Below, piece by piece: positions 12,741 to 21,255 of a stretch of DNA of 64,000 nucleotides. Position 1 is the first letter of the stretch; the number at the start of each line of letters is the position of its first letter. The translations under genes were made by a program, and so were the position numbers. Origin of the DNA: Lingula anatina. Its lineage: Eukaryota; Animalia; Brachiopoda. The stretch covers positions 41,422,401 to 41,486,400 of the forward strand of contig CM120641.1 in NCBI GenBank assembly GCA_051362555.1, in the 5' to 3' direction. Below the pieces are notes generated by a model. That model had not been told where the DNA came from and did no database searches. It was given only the letters and a program-made list of their open reading frames with translations.

Positions 12741-13790
12741 AATTAATTCCTGATTTAATACCCCCTATTTCAGCGCCTATTCCTGGCTGCGTTAATTATG
12801 GGGGGTTGGAAAGTAATCCGTTAGAACGCAGGAGTGATGATTGCTACTCTTACCAACGGTGCATCACCGATCAACTAATCTCAGCCACCTGAAGCAGAAT
12901 CACCAACAAAAGACAAATTGGACTACATCTGCCTTCTTGTTTAGACATCTTATGTAAAAAAGGCGATAACGGTCAAAACATACGTGCTTCGTGGTTTATT
13001 AAATGTTCATCGTATTTTTTCGTTCGTTATTCTTATGAGTTAAGCAGCTTCACCTCCGTGACACCCTTTTTATTTATTTAAACCATTGTTAGATAAACCA
13101 TGGGTTTCACTCCAGATTTCACGATCGAGCAGCTGATCATGAGGAGAGTGTAGCATGCTATAGTAAACTACCCCAAATATATAAACAACACCTCCAGGGT
13201 TTCACGATCGAGCAAGTGATCATGAGGAGAGAGTGTAGCAGAGAACTTCATTAATGGTCGTCATAATTGGTGGTTGCCTTGGGAAAATGAGTTACATGAT
13301 TACATAATACAGATACATAATAACATAAGATTAATACTAAAATTTTCCCTGATACAAAACCCCCTATTTGAGCGCTTATTCCTGACTGCGTTAATTACGG
13401 GTGATTAGAAAGTAATCTATGAGGACGCAGGAGCGATGATCGCTACTCTTACCAACGGTAAATCACCGATTTACTTGACTCCGCTACTTCGAGCAAAATC
13501 ACACACCACCAAAAGACAAATTAGACCACGTTCGTCCTCTTATTAAAACAAAGAATGTAAAAATGTGATGTCGGTCAAAGAAGAGGCCTAGACTACGTGC
13601 TTCATGGTTTATAAGATAGGCCTATTCATTGGATTTTTTTATTTCATTATTATAGCTTCACCTTGCGAGCCCCTTTTTTATATATTTAAAACACAGCACC
13701 CCACTGGTTTCGCGATCATGAAGAAAGGGAGTGTAGCAAAGAACCTCATTAATGGTCGTAATAATAGGTGGTTGCATTGTAGGCCTAACC
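12741..13790 (+). repeat. Two diverged tandem copies of a ~450-550 bp unit (A ~12741-13280, B ~13341-13790), with an internal ~40-bp duplication in copy A
   Basis: Shared collinear blocks CCCCTATTT-AGCGC-TATTCCTG-CTGCGTTAATTA, GAAAGTAATC, ACGCAGGAG-GATGAT-GCTACTCTTACCAACGGT, AAAAGACAAATT, TACGTGCTTC-TGGTTTAT and GAGTGTAGCA-AGAAC-TCATTAATGGTCGT. TTTCACGATCGAGCA...GATCATGAGGAGAG...TGTAGCA occurs twice in copy A. Confidence 0.85.
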
Positions 13791-15174
13791 TTGTTCATTT
13801 TAGTCAACAGACTAAGCTAGAAGAAAGAAAAGATCATTATCGCCTCTCTTTACTTAGGAACAATAAGGATGGCTAGTGGCAGCATTTATAAGTTCTTTTA
13901 TTTAGAAACTTTCCGATCCTTTGTCTGGGACTGCGTCCGAGAAACGGCGATAACGACAGAGACGTCCTCGAACACTTTGGACTCAGTGCAAATAAAAAAA
14001 AATCCGTTAAGAAGTAGCCTTTAAATGTCCTGGCAAATAATTTTGCGATGGCTCAGAGAGTTCTAGAATGAATGACAAGCAACGACATTAGGGTTAATAA
14101 TAGACTAAAAACTATCAGAGTGTAGGCCTGTCTTACTTCATTTCTAAGGCCATCTTGTGATACGAGTCATGCTACACTACAAAAGAGGGGGTAGCAGTGG
14201 ATGATTTAATACAGGGATACCATCGATAGTATATCAATAGAAAATCGCAATCCTCAAATGTTTAATTCATTAAATATAAACGGTCTTTTCTCGTACAAAG
14301 GGTCTGGTATAGTTGTATTGGCCTATCAGTTGGAAACACGTGGTTCGTCTACAATTGCAAATGGCGGAGGTGCCGTGGTAGTTATTGTCGTAAAATTAGC
14401 TGGATACGGTGCACGTGAGAAAATTATTCATTAAATTTAGTTTTCGAGCGTCAGCTTAATCTGGTAAAATGCGAGACGAAAAAAATGATAGATAGAGCCT
14501 TATGACCCACTGTAGAATGATGCCGAATAATACATCAACGACGTAGTTTATCGGCAGATAAACGTGTTTCCATTCTCGGCTGACTGAGGAAAGGTTTGAG
14601 AGAGCATTTAAGAAGAGGCGGTCGAACCAATAGTGAGTAGGAAGTGTGCTGCAATCAAGAAGAACAATACCGATCATAAGTGGACAGCTAATAACCCCTA
14701 ATTAACCCCGGGTTACGCGCTGCTGTGTTGACTCCTTGCTGGGAAGGGGTAGCGGCCTCCTACTGCTGTGCGTAATCAAACATTGTCTTCTAACATGCGG
14801 CTACACGACGGTTGCATTGTATTAATAAAGTAATACCTATTCATAAGGAAGGGGGCGGATGGTAATCTTACGAGAATTAAATCAGTTATCGATCATACGC
14901 GTACCAATAGTCGTGTTTTTTTTTAGCTATACGGTATAACCAAGCTGTCAGCATTTATGGTTTCAATATCTAAGGTATAATTATACTAGTTGTAATTCTT
15001 GCACATGTAGCTAATTACATTGGCCTTGAGACCATCTGCTGAGCTCTTCTCCAGCATTTCTAATACTGGACTCCCCATGATCATTTCTTTGGATTCGTGG
15101 CTATGACCAGACTTCAAAAAAGACATTGCATGATATCTCATGCCTGGACGATAAAGAACTTCATCTGCTTGGGG

Positions 15175-15788
15175 CACCCTGAGCTTCAGAGCTGACTTGA
15201 CACTAACCTTTTCACTGTAGCCTATCTCTATCGTGTCAAGTAACCTCTGACCAGATTCGAGTGCTCCCGCCGCCCGCCAATCAAATTTAAAGCCCGCACT
15301 CAATGACTCATTGAACGATCTAGCCAATGAACGCGAACGAATCAAAGCGCGCTTTGTTCAAATCCGGACCAATCAAAGATAAGGCTGAATATCAGGGACT
15401 TGCCGTAACCTGTGGGCAGCACGCAAAATACATCATCCCTCAGTAGATAATGATGCAGGGCATCATACTGCTCTGGTTTCAATTCCGATATACTCCATGC
15501 TTTCTTTGTGTACGGTTATGCACTCGGAACCACTCGGAACTACTCGGATGTCTCCGCACTCGACAATAACTATGTTGTTAGTATGAATCTTGCGGAATCA
15601 GCCGAGGATTGCCGATTGACGATCAACCAATCAGCGTTTTCACCAAACTTTGGTGAAAAATTTTGAAACATGGATTCGATTGGCTTATATAAACTAGGTC
15701 AAACTATTTTCGTCAGAGGTTACTTGACACGATGGAGATAGGCTACAGTGAAAAGGTTAGTGTCAAGTCAGCTCTGAAGCTCAGGGTG
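15175..15788. mobile_element. 614-bp non-autonomous DNA transposon with 77-bp TIRs and an 8-bp TSD (hAT- or P-like)
   Basis: TIRs at 15175-15251 and 15712-15788 (CACCCTGAGCTTCAGAGCTGACTTGACAC..., one mismatch). The direct repeat GCTTGGGG lies at 15167-15174 and 15789-15796. Confidence 0.93.
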
Positions 15789-15796
15789 GCTTGGGG

Positions 15797-16538
15797 TTAT
15801 CTTTCACAGAATCAAACGACAATGGAGGCTTTCCCTTACTAATGCTCCCAGATGGTGTAATGGGGGTTGACGAGGTTTTCAGCTTGTTTTTCAACAGCAT
15901 TTTTTCCACTTTACATTGGAGGTACATTTTTTCATATGCAGTCTGTGAAGCTGCATCAGCTACTACCTTTTCATCAGCTTCTGCCTTGTCCATCAAGTGA
16001 CAATGACAGGCAGCTTCAGTTTGAATCCCAACAGAAGCCATCTGGAATGTACAAAAAAAAAAGTTGTCATTAAGCAAGAAAAATTATTTAAAAGTAGAAC
16101 CATTAAGAGAGTAAAATTTTCTTGCCATGGGTCATTTGATTGAACTATTCTTAGACATTTCCTAAAAGAAAAGCTTCTCACTACTTACTGAAAATGGCAG
16201 CTTAGTTTAGATACCAGGGTTGGACATAAAGGAGCTCACATGAAGTAAAAGATAATGTCTAGCCCTGGATACCTCTTTGAAGTGCAGGGCAAAAAGATAA
16301 AAATCTAAATAGAGTGATGTAATGATGGATGATGAAACAGACAACAGGTTTTATTTGGACAACGAAGAAAACATTTATAAGCAACATTTTTTCATTTATA
16401 TAAAAATATTTCATACCTTTAGCCTCACATTCAAGTTGTCCCCCTTCTTCATGTGTTCCTTCAGTATGGTCCACCATTGTAATATTATCTGACATCTCAT
16501 TCAGTTGCACCAAGGCCTCAGCAGCTTGAATTCTATCC
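15797..16538 (-). pseudogene. Relic of a spliced transposase-like gene, possibly the N-terminal region of an ISL2EU/Harbinger-group transposase
   Basis: Two exon-like segments, DRIQAAEALVQLNE...ECEAK and MASVGIQTE...LSFDSVKDNPK. After removing the 15175-15788 insertion the frame continues QMKFF, reminiscent of the FxxxKDxxxxxxFYTG motif that precedes the HTH in these transposases. The family assignment is tentative. Confidence 0.35.
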
Positions 16539-16924
16539 TGAATATAAATAAATGAAACTAATGTGCCGATGTGCAAATTTAACACACGATTGGGGGAGGT
16601 ATGCTTACCTAAAGTTAGGTTGAGTCACTCGTCACAATGGAGCTAGCGTAGAGAGAGCGCGCCAGCTGCGCATGGGCCGACTCTACCCCGGTTCCAGGAT
16701 TGGCTCCACTAAACTGCCCCTAAATAAAAGTTGGACTGGATGGAAGCGTCCCTCATCTTTGGCCTGCTGGGCCCTGAGCCCAGCATGCCATGTTGCGCCC
16801 TACTCTGGCCACATGGCATGACCAGAGAGGGCCCTGGGCAAGCCCCCACTGAGTGGCACCACTCCTCAGCAGGGGTCACTACCCAAACAACTCTACTGCC
16901 CCGTGGACTCGGGCAGGAGCCCGT

Positions 16925-17480
16925 CCACATAGAGGCGTCGGGCATTCCTGGCCGTGATGGCCAGCACCTCCTATCAGGTGCAACCCCAGATGGGTGCAAT
17001 CACCGCCCCTGTCCACCCTAGGTCTGCTGGAGTCCCATGCCTGTTGGGCTTGCATGGGAAGTGTGGAGAGTCGGTCTCTAGCAAGACCCTGCTCCTGTTC
17101 AGCTCTGCTACCGCATTCTTCTTCCAGGGAGAGAGTCTGCGCGGGACTCTACCCCAAAATAGGTGTTAGGGTAGGCCTGGATCCACCGCCGCAAGACGCG
17201 CATAGACCCCTGGAAAAGGTGCAGGTGTATTAGTTGAGTACGACCTACGGGGATGGACTGCAGGTGCATCAGGAGGGAGAACAGTGCGTCGTCCTCACCT
17301 CCGGGCAGACCTCTGTAGTGCAGGACGAAAATCTTGGCCGGGGTCGACCATTGTAATACCTTCTCTAACTGGAGCCATTGGCCGACCCACTCGCCTGGGG
17401 GAACTGTGGTCAGTCCCCACCTCTCCCACAGCGGGTTCATCTGGCAGAGGTTACAGAGGTTTTTACTGGCTATGATCCTT
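16925..17480 (-). pseudogene. Intronless TatD-family nuclease pseudogene (frameshifts, two adjacent stops)
   Basis: Motifs occur in TatD order across three frame segments: AVGEVGTDHS (cf. AVGEIGLDY), IFVLHYRG (cf. xVxHxR), LIHLHLFQGS (cf. HCFxGS), YPNTYFG, RSRVLLETDSPHF (cf. LLETDxP) and EVLAITARNARRLY (cf. TTxNAxRLF). The segment is GC-rich relative to its flanks. Confidence 0.85.
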
Positions 17481-17599
17481 ACAGTCCTCACGCTTGTATG
17501 TGAGGACGTCCAGAGCTTCTGTACATGTTATATTGACACAGGAGCCATGGTACCACTCACCACAATAATCATTGTTCTGTTTCAGATGCTCAAATAGTC

Positions 17600-18783
17600 T
17601 TGTTGCAATGATTCTCTACCACCTTTGATAAGAAAGATAAATTACTTACTGGTCTATAATGATCCAGGTTGTTCTTCCCTTATTTTAATCATGTCATTGC
17701 CTAATTCTTTAACAAATTATCCCAGGGTAAACATTACTTTCCTGTGATTAACCAACCTTTAATCTTCTGTTCCAGGCACTTGCCATCACTCTGTAACATT
17801 TTTGGAAAAAGCAATATATTAAAACCTTTCAATTCCAATTAAGGGATACGTAGTAGCCATGTGTCCTTTAAGGACAACATATTTTTACTGAGAGCCTCTC
17901 GTTTTGTTTCCAACAACTGTATGAAAGACTTGATTAAAGTTGTTCAGATATGCGTTGAAGTTCCAGTGCTCCCCCATCATCCTTTTAAGTGCTTTGAATT
18001 GATGTCCATAGATGACATTTGAAGCTGCTCCACTATCTCCCAACTATCTCATCTGTTTGCCCATCCTCTGCAAATTCCATTTTTCTGACCCATCGCTTCA
18101 CTTGATTCTTTTTCTTATGTGTTTGTGGGGAGAACCTCTGGTTTGATACTGCCTTTGGGTTGTAGTTGAATCATTGTTCCTTTTGTGTGTCGCATTTGTC
18201 TGACTCTGTTTATGTATATGGCACACTTTTTGAAAGTGATTCCATTTTTGACATTAATGGTACAGGGCTCAACATTAACTTTTTGGCTACTTGCCAACAT
18301 TCATCATTCATTGCAAATCATACACTACATATTACATTAAAAGTAAGCAATGAAAAAAAACATACACCAGACTAGACTGAAGCATGTTAGGAAAGCTGGT
18401 GAATGGCATTTCATAGTGGATGACAAAATACACTGTATTGAAGAGCTTCAGGATGAATTCATTGTTCTTCTCTCCCAGCTTCTGAACAATTCTGTCAATG
18501 GGGCCTTGGCCTCTGACCACATGCACAGCAACATTGTCAGCAAGCAAATGCTTGAGAGACTCTCACTCTCACATCTCCCCACATCATCCTATAAATCATC
18601 TTTATAACTGGTATCCTGCAGAAATCTGTCTAGATTCCAGCCTCTTTGTAGTGTTTTTGTTTTGACTGAATTTCTATCTTCATATGTTGGTAAAAGTCTT
18701 TCCAAAATCCTCTCGTAAACCCCCTCTCCAAACTCACATTGATCTGCTTTTTCTCTAAGTCTAGCTGCAAATACAGTGATCAT
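17600..18783 (-). mobile_element. Decayed Ty3/Gypsy gag-protease fragment (second family)
   Basis: ITVFAARLREKADQCEFGEGVYERILERLL (gag), CQKWNHFQKVC (zinc-knuckle remnant) and GDSGAASNVI (aspartic protease DSG motif, ~18040-18010). The left boundary is approximate. Confidence 0.75.
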
Positions 18784-18794
18784 TTCTTTGGAGT

Positions 18795-18985
18795 GACTCG
18801 AACCCGGGACTCTCGCAAACCGTGCAACCGCTCCTACCGACTGAGCTACTGAGCCCGGGACAATCCCGGCCAGCCACTACACTCCTCCCCCCCAAATCGC
18901 TACAATGGTGGCAGCGGTGATGGAGTTGGACTCGCGTCTTTCGGTATTTGGGTGGGAGGAGTGTAGTGGCTGGCCGGGATTGTCC
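18795..18985. mobile_element. Rearranged TRIM-like pieces with tRNA-like LTR: minus-strand PPT+LTR (18894-18795) fused to a plus-strand LTR end-PBS-PPT-LTR start (18888-18985)
   Basis: Minus strand: GGGGGGGAGGAG|TGTAGTGGCTGGCCGGGATTGTCCCGGGCTCAGTAGCTCAGTCGGTAGGAGC...CCGGGTTCGAGTC, containing A and B boxes. Plus strand: ...CCAAATCGCTACA|A|TGGTGGCAGCGGTG (PBS, 18906-18919)...GGGTGGGAGGAG|TGTAGTGGCTGGCCGGGATTGTCC. Confidence 0.8.
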
Positions 18986-20179
18986 TTTACTGGAATGCAA
19001 TTCCTGGCCAAATGACCAATACCCCCGCAGTTAAAATACTGAACATCTCCACGGAGCGGGGTTCCTTGTTTGACATTCCGTGCCTGGCATTCTCTGGCAA
19101 AGTGTCCTCTTTTACCACAATTAAAGCACTGTACATCTCTAGAGGACGATGGGATTTGTCTGTCACGCAACACTCTGGTCTCTAATCTACTTTGGAGGAA
19201 ATCTTGCCTATGGTGCGAGACATTTCCTGTAACATCTTAGTGGTTGGGTCTGTGCTGTCAGGAAGGGCAACTTCAGCCGCAGAGCGTACGAAGTGGGGTC
19301 GGCGCCCTCTAGCAGCCTCCGCATCTAAGCAAGCTTCTATGGCCAAGGACTCCTCAATGGTTTTGGGTCGGTATCTCATTACATCAAGTCTCAGACGAGT
19401 GTCATCCAACGCATCAAGGAAGTACTCCCTCATAAACGTGTCTTTTACATTGGCAGTCTCAGTTGTCCAGCCCAGGCTGACTAAGCGTCTAATTGCCTGA
19501 GCCAGTTCACTAAGCGTCTCTTTAGGGTTTCTTTTACGCATTCTTGCCTGCACTCGGTAGAACTCTTGTTTTGTTCTTGGGGCTAAACCTTCTCTCTAGG
19601 GCTCTTGATAACAATTCATAGTTGAACCGGTGCTCTAATGGAAGATCACCCAATACTTGAGCAGCATCACCTCTCAGGCTGGTCGCCAGATGACCCGTCT
19701 TTTCTTCATCTGTCCAGTGATAAACCATAGCACAAATATAAAACTGTGCCTTGTAATCATCTCAAGACATTTTTCCGTCAAAAGTACCGACTTTAATAGA
19801 AGGACCTGATTTTTCCCTTCTACGTGTTTCAACCCTGGTCAGCAGAGTGTTAAAGGGGTTAAAAGGCCGTTCTGGTATCTGTAGAATCGTATTGCAACCT
19901 TCTCCTTAGATCTGGAAATAACGGTGTGTTGTCCGCTACCGGGCTAAGACATAGGTTAGCACTCCCAAATGCATATTCCACTGCATAGTTACTGGTCTCG
20001 GACAGCTGTATATCCTGCTTAAATAAGTCTCTTCACCTGCCATAGTACCTAGAGGACGAGAGAACACTTGAGGTCCCACCACTGCCACCAAATTTGTAGC
20101 GATTTGGGGGGAGAAAACACCAAGGCTTGACCGGGACTCGAACTCGGGGACTCTCGCAAACCGTGTGACAGCTTTTACT
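18986..20179 (-). mobile_element. 5' portion of a Ty3/Gypsy element: tRNA-like LTR fragment (20179-20095), PBS (20090-20074), leader and frameshifted gag with two zinc knuckles
   Basis: The LTR ends ...CTCCCCCCAAATCGCTACA, followed by AATT and TGGTGGCAGTGGTGGGA (tRNA-Leu-type PBS). Gag reads KVGTFDGK...WTDEEKTGHLATSLRGDAAQVL...ALERRF...ETLSELAQAIRRLVSLGW...YFLDAL...CFNCGKRGHFAREC...YFNCGGIGHLARNC. Confidence 0.88.
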
Positions 20180-21255
20180 TTACACAAGATCTGTCTTTAT
20201 CTTTACCTCATCATAGAGTAAGCTGATGATCTTCTGGTACACCTGGAGTGTGTCAAATTTCGTTGCCTTCAAAAGCCTGTCAGTGGTATCTGGATGGATG
20301 CCACTGCTGATGTCTGAAGAATGGTCATATTCGTACAAAGTCTTTCTTCTTGGCAGTGCATGTGACATGCAAAAAATAGGAATTTTATCAAAAAAGTATA
20401 GGAAAAATAGGAATTATTCACATGTTTATAAAATATTATATGTGAATATTTCATAATAATGGTTGAATACAATAAAAAATAATAATAAATAATAAAAATA
20501 AAAGATGAATTATAACTTTGGTTTACTTGCCATTTTGACTTTGTTGCTGGAAAGTATCAATTTCACCCTGAGAACCAGCAATGGCTGTTTCCCCAATAAT
20601 TCACACAACCTAAAACAAAAGTACCAATAAGTACCATAAGTCATTTGATATGTAATAAATGAACACAGTTTATATATGTATGCATGTAAAAAATTATAAA
20701 AAAATAAATAGGCATATAATGCTAACATTATTTTACCTTCTCTTGGATTAGAGTCAATATTATTTGAGACCCACCACCACCAGTCTTGTGAATCTCTCTC
20801 CTTCTCTTTGCCTCCTCCTCTTTTGTGCAACTCGAGAAATCAGACCATTTCTTTCGTATCTCTTTCACATCTTTTCTATCCATCCCAACACTGTTGACTC
20901 TGAAAATCAATAAGATATTACAAATTTTTTCTGCTATAACAAAATTTAATGTTTCCAATTCTCTTCAGTATGCGGCTGGTATGCATAATGATGTAATTCC
21001 CCGTGTGCACTAAATAAATAAATATATATAAATAAATAGTAATTAATTGAAGCATAGAAGTCATCTATTTTAATGTTTTTTATTTAAAAAATGGGCACAA
21101 ACCTTCTAGTTATTTCTTGCCAACTTCATCTTAGCCTCATTGGTTATTGTAGATGAGAATTAACTGAATAAAATACTTTTTCTCCTTTCAACTTCATCTA
21201 CCAAAACTTCAACTTCTTCTCTTGTAAATTTTACTCTCTTTCTAGATGGCTCCAT
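20180..21255 (-). pseudogene. Myb/SANT-like (trihelix, NAIF1-type) DNA-binding gene typical of Harbinger transposons, disrupted
   Basis: MEPSRKRVKFTREEVEVLVDEVERRKSILFS*FSSTITNEAK... / VNSVGMDRKDVKEIRKKWSDFSSCTKEEEAKRRREIHKTGGGG matches the Myb_DNA-bind_5 pattern (FTxxE...KKWxD...TGGG). There is an in-frame stop at 21160-21162. Confidence 0.8.

Noticed and set aside
12780-12900. C/D-box snoRNA or U3-like RNA (TGATGA...CTGA)
   Set aside because: The box motifs are not kept in the second copy (CGATGA, TCGA); substitutions fit codon structure or CpG decay better.
14986-15345. 119-aa ORF from the track
   Set aside because: It runs across the TIR/TSD junction of the 15175-15788 element and is a chance chimera.
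16709-17597. Several overlapping ORFs on both strands
   Set aside because: They are by-products of the GC-rich TatD pseudogene; only the minus-strand motif-bearing frames are meaningful.
18795-18856. Genuine tRNA gene
   Set aside because: The anticodon loop has only 5 nt, the acceptor stem is imperfect or truncated, and the sequence is embedded in TG...CA LTR context with PBS and PPT; it is treated as a tRNA-derived LTR.
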